This document shows positions 22,798 to 34,280 of a stretch of DNA of 64,000 nt, piece by piece. A model generated the notes under the pieces. It saw only the letters and a program-made list of their open reading frames with translations. It did not search any database and was not told the DNA's origin. This DNA comes from Alphaproteobacteria bacterium (lineage in GTDB: Bacteria > Pseudomonadota > Alphaproteobacteria > UBA828), in the NCBI GenBank assembly GCA_963422645.2, contig CAXXVO010000014.1, forward strand, positions 32,001-96,000, read 5' to 3'. Positions within the stretch are counted from its first letter, which is position 1, and each line of letters opens with the position of its first letter. A program made the position numbers and the translations under genes.

Positions 22798-24396
22798 TCA
22801 GCTGTAGCCGCCGCCGTGGCCGCCCAGGCCGCGCTTGACGTTGGCCCAGTTGCCCCGCTTGCGCCGGTAGGCGCGCGATGTGAAGGCCCAGCAGTCCGGG
22901 TCCTCCGGCACGTCGCCGTCGATCGGCCGGATGGCGGCACTGTGCGGGGCCGCCGTCACATGCTCCGGCGTGGTGCGGGCCTCCTCGGCGATTCGGCGCA
23001 GCGCGCCGAGCACGTGATCCATCTCCGCGATGGTGAGCGATTCGCCCGGCTCCAGGGTGAAGGGCTGCGGCACCAGCATCGGCACATGGCTCTCCATGTA
23101 ATGCTGCACGCCGAAATCGACCATCCGGTTCAACACGTCGTGGCTGGCGACGCCGGTCTCCTCGTAGAGCGGCTCCCAGCTGTAGCGGACCTGCTCCAGC
23201 TTGGGGTACGTGTTCTTGGGCCACGGGATCGTCGTGCCCTCGATCTGCCTGATCTTGTGCAGCATGTAGTTGTTGTTGAGCACCGCGGTCTCGGCGACGG
23301 CGCGCAGGCCTTCGGCGCCCAGGCTGCGGACCCAGGCATAGGCCTTGAGCACCGCGTGCACGTTGCCGATGAAGGCCCGGATCTTCTCGATCCCCTCTCC
23401 CGGATCGTGGTCGAGGCCGTAGCGCTCCCCGTCGTAGGTGACGATGGGGCGCGGCAGGAAGCGCTCCAGATGCTCCTTCACGCCGACCGCGGCGCAGCCC
23501 AGGCCGAGCGCGCCGTGCGGCGCGGAGAAGGTCTTGTGCAGGTTGAACTGGCACATGTCGAAGCCGGTATCGCCCGCGCGTACGATCCCCAGCAGCGGAT
23601 TGCCGTTGGCCTGGTCGTAGGCGCAGAGCCCGCCCGCCTCGTGCACGATGTCCACGAACGCGCGGATGTGCGGGTTGTACTGCCCGGTATCCTCAGGATT
23701 CGTCAGCATCAGGCCGGCGGTGCGCTCCGAGACCGCGGCCTTGAGCGCATCGACCTCGGCGAAACCCAGCTCGCCCGGCATGAGCGTGATGACCTTGAAC
23801 CCTGCCACCGCCGGCGTCGCCGCATCGGCGGGGTGCGAGAAGGCGGTGGTGATGATCTCGTCCCGTTTGCCGCCCTCGCCGCGTGAGGCATGATAGGCGC
23901 GGATCAGGCAGGCGTTGGTGTAGATGCCCTGCGCCCCGCTCGCCGGCTGGAAGGTGAAGGCATCCATGCCGGCGATCTCGCACATCATGCGATTGAAGCG
24001 GTAGAGGATCTCCAGCGTACCCTGCAGCGTCTCCGGGTCCTGCAGGGGGTGGACATCGGCGAAGGCCGGCAGGCGCGCGACATACTCGTGCATCTTGGGG
24101 CTGTATTTCATGGTGCAGGTGCCCATCATGTCGACGGTCACGTCGAAGCCCATGGCCATCTGCGAGAGCCTTAGGAAATGCCGGAGCACGCGATGCTGCG
24201 GCAGTTCCGGCAGCGCCGGCGGCGCCGCACGCCGCACCCCATCGGGCAGCGCAGAAGCGACATCGCCGACGGCCTCGGCGATGGCGTCGTCCACCGTGGG
24301 CGGCAGCAGGCCGCGCCCGCCGTCGCCCGGGATTTCGTCAATCAGAGGCTCGTCCCAGTGCGCGGCGTGGAAGCCGCTCCCCACGCGGTCTGTCAT
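22798..24396 (-). CDS. gcvPB: Glycine decarboxylase P-protein subunit 2-like (divergent)
   Basis: GTCTMKY, HPLQ, QPASGAQG, LMLTNP, NLHKTF (PLP Lys). Confidence 0.85.
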   Translation of the reverse strand: MTDRVGSGFHAAHWDEPLIDEIPGDGGRGLLPPTVDDAIAEAVGDVASALPDGVRRAAPPALPELPQHRVLRHFLRLSQMAMGFDVTVDMMGTCTMKYSPKMHEYVARLPAFADVHPLQDPETLQGTLEILYRFNRMMCEIAGMDAFTFQPASGAQGIYTNACLIRAYHASRGEGGKRDEIITTAFSHPADAATPAVAGFKVITLMPGELGFAEVDALKAAVSERTAGLMLTNPEDTGQYNPHIRAFVDIVHEAGGLCAYDQANGNPLLGIVRAGDTGFDMCQFNLHKTFSAPHGALGLGCAAVGVKEHLERFLPRPIVTYDGERYGLDHDPGEGIEKIRAFIGNVHAVLKAYAWVRSLGAEGLRAVAETAVLNNNYMLHKIRQIEGTTIPWPKNTYPKLEQVRYSWEPLYEETGVASHDVLNRMVDFGVQHYMESHVPMLVPQPFTLEPGESLTIAEMDHVLGALRRIAEEARTTPEHVTAAPHSAAIRPIDGDVPEDPDCWAFTSRAYRRKRGNWANVKRGLGGHGGGYS

Positions 24397-25790
24397 CGGA
24401 CCGCCTCCCCGAGCGCGGAGACCAGTCTTTCGATCTCGGCCGCTCCGTGCAGCTCGGTCACGCAATAGAGAGCCGACCGCCCAAGCGCCGGGAATTCGCC
24501 GCTCAGGTCCTTGCCGCCGTGAATCTCCGCCTCAAGCAGCGCCGCGTTGATGGCGGCGACCGTCTTGCCCGTGCCGGAGAAATCGACCACGAACTCCTTG
24601 AAGAACGCCTGCCCCAGGTGCGGCACCGCGACGCCGGGGAGCGCCGCGATCCGCTCCGCCGCATAGCAGGCGCGCTGCATGATGCCGCGGCCGAGCTCGG
24701 CCATGCCCTTCGGCCCCATCAGCGAGAGATAGACCGCAACCCCGATGCCCCAAATCCACTGGGTCGTGCCGGCGTAGTCGGTGGCATCGTGGCGGGTGTC
24801 GTAGGAGGTGCGCTCCATGGTGGACCAGGCGAAGCCAAAGCCGTCCTCTCCCCCCGCCGCCGGCGCAATGCTGAACAGGATCGAGGGGTATTCCGCGACG
24901 AAACGCGCCTCGTCGCGGCTCGCGATGAAGCCGCCGTTGCCGCCACCCGCATACATGTGGATGCCGAGCGGCTGCAGGTCACCCACCACCAGGTCGGCGC
25001 CGTAATCGGCTGGCGCCGCGAGCACGCCGAGGGAGATCGGGTCGACGCCGGCAATCAGCATGGCACCGGCCTCGTGGGCGATGTCGGCGATCGCCTGGGC
25101 CTGGGTCTCGATCAGGCCGAGATAACCCGGACTCTCCATCACCACAGCGGCGGTCTCGGCCGAGACCTTGGCGCGGAGGTCGGCGAGGTCCATCAGCCCG
25201 GTCGCGGGATCGTGGGCGACGGTCTTTATCGTCGCGAAGGGCTTGGTGAAGCCCTGGAGCTGCGAGCGCCGGTCGGCGCTCATGGTCTCCGGCACCAGCA
25301 CGACGCGCCGGCCGGTGATACGGCAGGCCATCGTCGCGGCGCTGCCGGTTGCGGCGCCGGCGTCGTAGGTGGGGGTCGAGACCACCTCCATGCCCACCAG
25401 CTCGCCGATCAGGCTCTGAAACTCGAAGAGCGCCTGGTTCTTGCCGTGGTCAGAGTAGGTGCCGCCGCCGTAGGCCGTGAGAAACTCGCCGCGATGGACG
25501 ATCTCGTCCACGATCGCCGGCACATAGTGCTGGGCGCAGCCGGCGCCGCAGAAGTTGAGCCACGACCCGGTGCAGGGCTGGTTGCGGGCGACGATCTCCT
25601 CGAGGTGCTTCCGCAGGTCCTGCTCGCCCGGCAGCGCCGGAGGCAGGTCGAGCGGCCCCTTCACCCTGAGCGCCTCCGGAATCGCCGCGTAAAGCTCCTC
25701 CACGTCGCCCGCGCCGATGGCATCCAGCAGCTTGCGCCGCGGCTCCGGTGCCGCATTCGGCACGTAGGGATGTGTGAACCCGTCGCCCAT
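24393..25790 (-). CDS. gcvPA: Glycine decarboxylase P-protein subunit 1-like (divergent)
   Basis: HPY.PN, FCGAG..HYVPA, EFLTAY, FEFQSLI, PADYGAD, FFKEFVV, YCVTE; overlaps gcvPB by 4 bp. Confidence 0.85.
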   Translation of the reverse strand: MGDGFTHPYVPNAAPEPRRKLLDAIGAGDVEELYAAIPEALRVKGPLDLPPALPGEQDLRKHLEEIVARNQPCTGSWLNFCGAGCAQHYVPAIVDEIVHRGEFLTAYGGGTYSDHGKNQALFEFQSLIGELVGMEVVSTPTYDAGAATGSAATMACRITGRRVVLVPETMSADRRSQLQGFTKPFATIKTVAHDPATGLMDLADLRAKVSAETAAVVMESPGYLGLIETQAQAIADIAHEAGAMLIAGVDPISLGVLAAPADYGADLVVGDLQPLGIHMYAGGGNGGFIASRDEARFVAEYPSILFSIAPAAGGEDGFGFAWSTMERTSYDTRHDATDYAGTTQWIWGIGVAVYLSLMGPKGMAELGRGIMQRACYAAERIAALPGVAVPHLGQAFFKEFVVDFSGTGKTVAAINAALLEAEIHGGKDLSGEFPALGRSALYCVTELHGAAEIERLVSALGEAVR

Positions 25791-26016
25791 GTCTCGCCTC
25801 CCCTCCTGATCCCGGCCAGTCTATCCCGCCGCCAAAGGCGCTCCAACGGCGCCCGGCCCGCTTTGATTGTCTGGCTACGCCCGTGCAGTGTTCCCCGCCG
25901 AAGCGGATCGGGAGCCCGCCATGGCGATCTCGAACGCGACGCTCGGCGATGTCGCGGCCGGGCTGGTGCCGGATGAGGCCGGGCAAGCCTACGTGAACTG
26001 GTAAGGACCGACGCCG

Positions 26017-27006
26017 ATGCCCACCGCCTCCCGCCCTGTCGGAGTCTTCATCCTCGGCGACGTCGCGCCACGGGATCTCGTCGGGCTCAGCCGGCAGGTG
26101 GAGCGCTGCGGTTTCTCCGACCTCTGGTTCGCCGAGGACTACTTCATGCTCTCGGGCTTCGCGAGTGCAGGCATCGCGCTGCAGGCGACGGATGCGATCG
26201 ACGTCGGCATCGGCGCGGTCTCCAACCGGGTGCGGCATCCCGCCGTCACCGCGATGGAAGCGTCGACGCTGGCCAACGCCTATCCCGGCCGATTCGCCCT
26301 CGGCATCGGCCACGGCGTGCCGGCCTGGGTCGCGCAGATGCACCTCACGCCGAAATCGGTGCTGGGCTCGATAGGCGAGGCGATCGGCGACGTGAAGCGT
26401 CTGCTCGCGGGCGAGAGCCTGACGCAGCAAGGCGCCTACTACGGCTACGACAAGGTCGCGCTGACCCATCCGGCGCCCGACCTCAAGGTGCTGGCCGCCG
26501 TGGTCGGGCCGCGATCGGTCGACCTCTGTGCCGAGATCGCGGACGGCATGGTGGTCTCCGTGCTCGCGGGGCCGCGCTACGTCGCAGCGGTGCGGGAGCG
26601 GATCGCGGCGGTCCGCCATGCGCACGGACTTTCCGATGACTTCGAGATCGTGGTCTACGCGCTCGCCTGCGTGGGCGAGGATCGCATCGCGGCCTACGCC
26701 AAGGTCCGCCCCGTAACCGCCTTCTATCTGGAGGCTATGGGTCTGACGCTGATCACCGGCGTCTACGACGCCAACGAGACCCTGGCCGCGATGATCGAGG
26801 CGGGCGGCGCCGCAGCGATCGAATCCGACATGCCTGACGATTGGCTGGACTGGCTGGTGGTCGCCGGCCGCCCGGACGATTGCCGCGCCGGCATCGAGGC
26901 GCTCTTCGAGGCCGGCGCCACCCGGGTCGTGCTCTGCGTCGTACCCTCGGAAGAGCTGCCGACGCAGCTGGAGATTCTCGGGAGCGAGGTCTTGCCGGGA
27001 CTTTAG
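26017..27006 (+). CDS. LLM-class (luciferase-like) flavin/F420-dependent oxidoreductase
   Basis: LWFAEDY, RHPAVTAME, GRFALGIG, AVVGP...EIADG. Confidence 0.88.
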   Translation: MPTASRPVGVFILGDVAPRDLVGLSRQVERCGFSDLWFAEDYFMLSGFASAGIALQATDAIDVGIGAVSNRVRHPAVTAMEASTLANAYPGRFALGIGHGVPAWVAQMHLTPKSVLGSIGEAIGDVKRLLAGESLTQQGAYYGYDKVALTHPAPDLKVLAAVVGPRSVDLCAEIADGMVVSVLAGPRYVAAVRERIAAVRHAHGLSDDFEIVVYALACVGEDRIAAYAKVRPVTAFYLEAMGLTLITGVYDANETLAAMIEAGGAAAIESDMPDDWLDWLVVAGRPDDCRAGIEALFEAGATRVVLCVVPSEELPTQLEILGSEVLPGL

Positions 27007-28187
27007 CCGCTCTCGGCGCCGTCGAGCACCGCGAGCGCTGCCTCGACCCCGGCCCCCACGTCGGCCTTTCCGCCCAGCGACGCGATGGCGCCGCCGAGCG
27101 CGGTCACGGCCACGGTCGCGAAGATCGGCCGCGCCACCGGCCCCATGTGGCCGATCCGCACCAGCTTGCCCAGCAGCGAGCCGCGCCCGGCGGAGAAGAC
27201 CACGCCGTAGAGCCGACGCGCCGCCTGCCGAATCGCTGCGTCCTCCAGCCCCTCCGGCACCCGCACAGTGGTTGCCGTGTCGGCGCAGATGGCTTCGCGT
27301 GCGGGCCAGAGCTTGAGGCCCATGGCGCGAACGCCCGCGCGGCAGGCGCGCGCCGTCAGCGCATGGCGTGCCCACACCGCCTCCGGTCCCTCGTCGAGAT
27401 AGTTCTGGACCGCGGCGTCCAGCGCGTGAACCTCGGAGACGGAGGGCGTGTACGGAAAGAGCACGTCGGCCCGCCAGGCATCCCGCCAGTCCTTGAGACT
27501 CAGCACCGAGTCCGCCGGTGCGGCGGGATTGGCGTCGATCTTCGCCCAGGCGCGCTCGCTGACATGGACGATGGAGAGGCCGGTGCTGCCACCGAGGCAC
27601 TTGTTGGGGCCGGTCACGAAGATGTCGGCGTGGATATCCTCGGGGTGAACGTCCATTCCGCCGAAGGAGGAGACCGCATCCACGATGGTCAGCACGTCGT
27701 GGTCACGGCAGATCGCGCCAATCTCGCGCACCGGGTTGACCGTCCCCGACGGCGTGTCGTGATGGCAGACGGAGAGGATGCGGATATCCGGCCGGGCCTT
27801 CAGCATCTTGGTCACCGCGTCCGGATCGATGGCGTCGTCATAGGGCGCCACGATCTCGACCAGTTCCCGGCAATGGCGCGCCGCCCAGAGCCCGAAGCCC
27901 TTGCCGTATTCGCCGGAGGCAAGATTCAGCACCACGTCATTGGCGCCGATCAGAGCGGCGGCGGCGGCTTCCAGCCCGAGCACGGGCTCGCCCATCAGGA
28001 TCACCGGCGGCAGCGCGGTGCGCAGCGACTCGGCGGTCTTGCGGACGGTCGATTCGTAGAATTGCTGGAAGGAGGGGTCGAAATCGTAGGTGACGGGCCG
28101 CGAAAGCGCCCGCAGGACAACGGGGTACGCGTCGACCGGCCCTGCGCTGAGCGTGATGATCGGAGGATCGTCGTCGAAATTCCGCAT
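27003..28187 (-). CDS. ppaT: Pyridoxamine-pyruvate transaminase (class V aminotransferase)
   Basis: ITLSAGPV, GEPVLGLEAAAA, VCHHDTPSGT, DAVSSFGGM, VTGPNKCLG and RIGHMGP closely match Mesorhizobium PPAT as I recall it. Confidence 0.8.
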   Translation of the reverse strand: MRNFDDDPPIITLSAGPVDAYPVVLRALSRPVTYDFDPSFQQFYESTVRKTAESLRTALPPVILMGEPVLGLEAAAAALIGANDVVLNLASGEYGKGFGLWAARHCRELVEIVAPYDDAIDPDAVTKMLKARPDIRILSVCHHDTPSGTVNPVREIGAICRDHDVLTIVDAVSSFGGMDVHPEDIHADIFVTGPNKCLGGSTGLSIVHVSERAWAKIDANPAAPADSVLSLKDWRDAWRADVLFPYTPSVSEVHALDAAVQNYLDEGPEAVWARHALTARACRAGVRAMGLKLWPAREAICADTATTVRVPEGLEDAAIRQAARRLYGVVFSAGRGSLLGKLVRIGHMGPVARPIFATVAVTALGGAIASLGGKADVGAGVEAALAVLDGAESG

Positions 28188-28432
28188 TTTCGAGGCTGGC
28201 TCAAGGGCTTGGACGAAAAGCCAGAATACATCGCCAGACCGCCTTCCCCAAGGCGGTGCAAGGTGCAATTATAGCGCCCGAGGCTGGCCCATTTCGCGCT
28301 CACGCACCCGTGGCGGCGGCCCATAACAGGTCGATTGACGCGTATGTCCTTTGTAGTACTTTTGTCATGCTGGTCTCGTGAGATTAGGGTCGCGCGACGG
28401 GCTGAACGGTGACTCACCAGAGAGAGGGAGCC

Positions 28433-30346
28433 ATGCCGGAGACGCCGCATCTGGACCGCGTGAAGAGCCCCGGAGATCTACGCAACCTTTCGGTCAAGGA
28501 ACTCAAGAAAGTTGCCGGGGAGCTTCGTGCCGAAACCGTCGACGCCGTCTCGGTCACTGGCGGCCATCTGGGCGCAGGCCTTGGCGTCGTCGAGCTGACG
28601 GTCGCCCTCCACCATGTGTTCGACACCCCCCGCGATCGCCTGATCTGGGATGTGGGTCACCAGTCCTACCCGCACAAGATCATCACCGGGCGGCGCGACC
28701 AGATCCGCACCATCCGCCAGCCGGGCGGGCTCTACGGCTTCACCAAGCGGACCGAGAGCGAGTACGACCCCTTCGGCGCGGCGCATTCGTCCACCTCGAT
28801 TTCCGCCGGCCTCGGTATGGCGGTAGCGAGCAGCCTCAAGGGCGAAGCGCGCAACGTCATCTGCGTCATCGGCGACGGCGCCATGTCGGGCGGCATGGCC
28901 TACGAGGCGATGAACAACGCAGGCTCGATGCCGCCCCGCCTCATCGTCATCCTCAACGACAACGAGATGTCGATCGCGCCGGCGGTGGGCGCGCTCAACG
29001 CGTACCTCTCACGGCTGCTCTCCAGCCACCAGTTCCGCAGCCTGCGCGAGCTCGGCAAGCAGTGGGCGCGCAGGCTGCCCAAGGCGATGGGCGACGCGGC
29101 GATGCGGGCCGAGGAGTACTCCCGCGGCATGGTCACTGGCGGCACCCTCTTCGAGGAGCTGGGCTTCTTCTATATCGGGCCGATCGACGGCCACAATCTC
29201 GACCATCTGGTCCCGGTGCTGCGCAACGTGCGCAAGGACGAGACGCCGGGGCCCGTGCTGCTCCACGTCGTCACCAGCAAGGGCAAGGGCTACGAGCCCG
29301 CCGAGAATGCGCCGGACCGCGGCCACGCGCTCGGCAAGTTCGACGTGGTGACGGGTGAGCAGAAGAAGGGCAAGCCCAAGGCGCCGAGCTACACCAACGT
29401 CTTCGCCCAGAGCCTGATCAAGGAGGCGGACCGCGACGAGAAGATCGTGGCGCTGACCGCCGCCATGCCGTCCGGCACCGGGCTCGACAAGTTCGCCAAG
29501 GCGCATCCCGACCGCTGCTTCGACGTCGGCATTGCCGAGCAGCACTGCGTCACCTTCGCGGCGGGGCTCGCAACGGAGGGATTGAAACCCTTCGCCGCGA
29601 TCTACTCGACCTTTCTCCAGCGTGCCTACGACCAGATTGTGCACGACGTGGCGATTCAGAAGTTGCCGGTCCGCTTCGCCATCGACCGCGCGGGCTTGGT
29701 GGGCGCCGACGGCCCCACCCATGCGGGCAGCTTCGATGTCACCTATCTCTCGACGCTGCCGGGCTTCGTCGTCATGGCCGCGGCGGACGAGGCCGAGCTC
29801 GTCCACATGGTGCACACGGCGGCGAGGATCGACGACCGCCCCAGCGCCTTCCGCTATCCGCGCGGCGAGGGTGTCGGCGTGCCGCTGCCGGAGACGCCCA
29901 AGATGCTGGAGATCGGCAAGGGGCGGATCGTGCGCGAAGGCACGGCGATCGCGATCATCTCCCTCGGCGCCCGCTTGCAGGAAGCGCTGAGCGCGGCAGA
30001 TGAGCTGCAGACGCGGGGGCTTTCGACCACCGTCGCCGATGCCCGCTTCGCCAAGCCGTTGGACGAGGACCTGATCCGCCGGCTCGCGCGGGAGCACGAG
30101 GTGGTGATCACCATCGAGGAAGGCTCGATCGGCGGTTTCGGCGCGCATGTCATGCAGTTCCTGGCCACGACGGGCTACCTCGACGGCGGCCTCAAGATCC
30201 GGCCGATGCTCCTGCCCGACCGTTTCGTCGCCCACGGCACGCCCGCCGGCATGTACGAGGACGCGGGGCTCACCGCGCGCGACATCGTCGACACGGCGCT
30301 CGGCGCGCTGGGCAGCAACTCGGCCACCCTGCCGCAACGCGCCTGA
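28433..30346 (+). CDS. dxs: 1-deoxy-D-xylulose-5-phosphate synthase
   Basis: [21 protein letters not shown]...[21 protein letters not shown]. Confidence 0.98.
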   Translation: MPETPHLDRVKSPGDLRNLSVKELKKVAGELRAETVDAVSVTGGHLGAGLGVVELTVALHHVFDTPRDRLIWDVGHQSYPHKIITGRRDQIRTIRQPGGLYGFTKRTESEYDPFGAAHSSTSISAGLGMAVASSLKGEARNVICVIGDGAMSGGMAYEAMNNAGSMPPRLIVILNDNEMSIAPAVGALNAYLSRLLSSHQFRSLRELGKQWARRLPKAMGDAAMRAEEYSRGMVTGGTLFEELGFFYIGPIDGHNLDHLVPVLRNVRKDETPGPVLLHVVTSKGKGYEPAENAPDRGHALGKFDVVTGEQKKGKPKAPSYTNVFAQSLIKEADRDEKIVALTAAMPSGTGLDKFAKAHPDRCFDVGIAEQHCVTFAAGLATEGLKPFAAIYSTFLQRAYDQIVHDVAIQKLPVRFAIDRAGLVGADGPTHAGSFDVTYLSTLPGFVVMAAADEAELVHMVHTAARIDDRPSAFRYPRGEGVGVPLPETPKMLEIGKGRIVREGTAIAIISLGARLQEALSAADELQTRGLSTTVADARFAKPLDEDLIRRLAREHEVVITIEEGSIGGFGAHVMQFLATTGYLDGGLKIRPMLLPDRFVAHGTPAGMYEDAGLTARDIVDTALGALGSNSATLPQRA

Positions 30347-30351
30347 CGCCC

Positions 30352-32343
30352 ATGCAGGTTGCGCGCGCCGGGCCAGACCGGCGGAGTGAAACCATCGTCC
30401 GCCAGCCGTCGGACAGTCAGGACGGCCCCCTTCCCGCCCCCGACATCGAGCAGGTCATCGAGGACGCCGCCGCCGGCCTGCGCGGCCTGCAGCACGACGA
30501 CGGCCACTGGCTGTTCGAGCTCGAGGCCGATGCGACCATCCCGGCGGAGTACGTCCTTCTCAACCACTTCCTCGACGAGATAGACGACGAGACCGAGGCG
30601 CGTCTCGGCGCCTACATCCGCGCCCGTCAGGCCGATCACGGCGGCTGGCCCCTCTTCCCCGGCGGGGTGTTCGACATTAGCTGCACCGTCAAGGCCTACT
30701 ACGCCCTCAAGCTGATCGGAGACGACCCTGACGCGCCGCACATGGTGCGGGCGCGCAAGGCCGTGCTCGCCGCCGGCGGTGCTGCTCGGTGCAACGTATT
30801 CACGCGGATCAGCCTCGCGCTCTTCGGCCAGGTGCCGTGGCGCGCCGCACCGGCGATGCCGGTGGAGATCATGAACCTGCCCAGGTGGTTCCCCTTCCAT
30901 CTGGACAAGGTCTCCTACTGGTCGCGTACCACCATCGTGCCGCTCACGATCCTGCTCGCGCTGAAGCCCCGCGCACGCAACCCGCGGGGCATCGGGATCG
31001 CCGAGCTGTTCACCACCCCGCCGGAACGGGAATGGCACTATTTCCCACGAGAAACCGCGACGCAGTGGTGCTTCCTGACCCTCGACCGCGTGCTCTCGGT
31101 GGGCGAGAGGGCGATACCGGGCGGGGTGCGGCGGCGCGCGATCGACAAGGCGCTCGACTGGTGCATGACGCGCCTCAACGGCGAGGACGGCTTGGGCGCG
31201 ATCTTCCCGCCGATGGCCAACGTGGTCATGGCCTTCGATGCGCTGGGCTATGGACCCGCTCATCCGCCCCGCCGCACGGCTCGTCGGGCGGTCGACCTCC
31301 TGCTGACCGAGCCCGCGAACGGCAGCCAATATTGCCAGCCTTGCGTCTCGCCGGTCTGGGACACTGGCCTCGCCGCGCTGAGCCTCTTGGAATGCGACAG
31401 TGAGGACGACCGTCGTGCAGCGGACGACTCCCTCCCCTGGCTCGCCGACCTCCAGATCCTCGATGTCGCGGGCGACTGGGCTGCGATGCGGCCGGACGCC
31501 CCGCCGGGGGGCTGGGCCTTCCAGTACCGCAACGATTACTACCCCGACGTGGACGACACCGCGGTCGTCGCCATGGCGCTCCACCGCGCCGATCCCGAGG
31601 CGCACCGCGAGGCACTCGAGCGGGCGGCTGACTGGATCGTCGCCATGCAGAACGAGAACGGCGGCTGGGGCGCCTTCGACGCCGAGAACGAGAACTACTC
31701 GCTCAACCACATTCCCTTCGCCGACCACGGCGCCCTGCTCGACCCCGCAACCGCAGACGTCAGCGCGCGCTGCGTGAGCTTCCTCTGTCAGATCGGGTAT
31801 TCCAGGCAGCACGCCGCCGTCGCCAAGGGCCTCGCCTATCTCCGCGCCGAGCAGGAGGAGAACGGCTCCTGGTTCGGCCGCTGGGGCACCAACTACGTCT
31901 ACGGCACCTGGTCGGTGCTCTGCGCCTTGAACGCTGCCGGCGAGGCCCCGGCTTCGCCCGCCATCCGCAAGGCGGTCGCCTGGCTCGAAGCCAAGCAGCG
32001 CGCCGACGGCGGCTGGGGCGAGACCGGCGACAGCTATTACGCCGAGCGAATCGAGCGCGCGTTCGACGTCGTCTCCACCCCGACGCAGACCGCGTGGGCG
32101 GTGCTCGCGCTCATGGCCGCTGGCGAAGTGCGGAGCGACGCGGTGCGGCGCGGCATCGACTATCTCTGCCGCGCCGAGCGTCAGGGCGCGAAGTGGCTGG
32201 AGGACGACTACACCGCCGTCGGCTTCCCGCGCGTCTTCTACCTCCGCTACCACGGCTACAGCGCCTACTTCCCGCTCTGGGCGCTGGCGCGGTACCGCTC
32301 CCTCGTGCGCGGCAACGACCACCGCCCGCGCCACGGCATGTAA
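30352..32343 (+). CDS. shc: Squalene-hopene cyclase
   Basis: YPDVDDTA catalytic motif, QW repeats, WFGRWGTNY, GFPRVFYL. Confidence 0.98.
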   Translation: MQVARAGPDRRSETIVRQPSDSQDGPLPAPDIEQVIEDAAAGLRGLQHDDGHWLFELEADATIPAEYVLLNHFLDEIDDETEARLGAYIRARQADHGGWPLFPGGVFDISCTVKAYYALKLIGDDPDAPHMVRARKAVLAAGGAARCNVFTRISLALFGQVPWRAAPAMPVEIMNLPRWFPFHLDKVSYWSRTTIVPLTILLALKPRARNPRGIGIAELFTTPPEREWHYFPRETATQWCFLTLDRVLSVGERAIPGGVRRRAIDKALDWCMTRLNGEDGLGAIFPPMANVVMAFDALGYGPAHPPRRTARRAVDLLLTEPANGSQYCQPCVSPVWDTGLAALSLLECDSEDDRRAADDSLPWLADLQILDVAGDWAAMRPDAPPGGWAFQYRNDYYPDVDDTAVVAMALHRADPEAHREALERAADWIVAMQNENGGWGAFDAENENYSLNHIPFADHGALLDPATADVSARCVSFLCQIGYSRQHAAVAKGLAYLRAEQEENGSWFGRWGTNYVYGTWSVLCALNAAGEAPASPAIRKAVAWLEAKQRADGGWGETGDSYYAERIERAFDVVSTPTQTAWAVLALMAAGEVRSDAVRRGIDYLCRAERQGAKWLEDDYTAVGFPRVFYLRYHGYSAYFPLWALARYRSLVRGNDHRPRHGM

Positions 32344-33101
32344 CCAAATCGAGGGCGGGGCGCGTCATGGCTGACCGGTCCCGCGTCGGCATTGTCACGG
32401 GCCTCGTGGCCGAGGCCGAGACCCTGCCCGAGGGCGACTTCTGGATCGCGGTCTCGGGCGCGAGCCCTGAGCGCGCGGCTCAGGCGGTCGATGCGATGGT
32501 CGCGGGCGGCGTGCGGCTGCTGGTGAGCTACGGCTTCGCCGCCGGGCTTGATCCGCGCCTCGGCCCGGGAGACCTTGTGCTGCCCGAGGCCGTCATCGTC
32601 CACGAAGGGGAGGTCGAGGAACCCCATCGCGGCGGCGTGCGCGACCAGCTCCAGCGGCTCACCTCCTTCAAGCGGGACAGCGACTCCGAGCCGCCGCCTG
32701 CGCCCACGGACGAAGACCTCATGATGGCGGATGCGGCCGTGCGGGAGGCGCTGGGTCGGGAGCTGGAAGAGCCGGATGCGGGTGGCATCGTCGCCGGCGT
32801 CGACCGCCCGCTGACGAACGGCAGCCAGAAGCTCTCCCTTCTCGCTCAGACCCGCGCCAGGGTTGCGGACATGGAGAGCCACGTGGTCGCGCGGGCCGCG
32901 GTGGCCGCCGGGGTGCCCTTCGTCGCGATCCGGGTCGTGAGCGACCCGAGCAACCGCGCCCTCCCGCGCGCCGCCCTCGCCGGGCTTACCGATGAGGGCC
33001 GCGTCGATGGCCGCGCGGTCGCAGGCACGCTGCTGCGGCGCCCGTGGGAGTGCATCGACATGCTGACGCTCGCGCTCGACGGAGCGCAGGCGATGCGCCG
33101 G

Positions 33102-34274
<1,173 letters not shown>

Positions 34275-34280
34275 CGGACC

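Noticed and set aside
25791-26016. Glycine riboswitch upstream of gcvPA
   Set aside because: No GGAGA...CCGAAG / CTCTCAGG aptamer pattern on the minus strand.
25450-27600. Long antisense or alternate-frame ORFs (this one, also 30175-32334, 36667-38775, 45418-47628, 59610-61424)
   Set aside because: Shadow ORFs of well-supported genes, expected in high-GC DNA; no family motifs.
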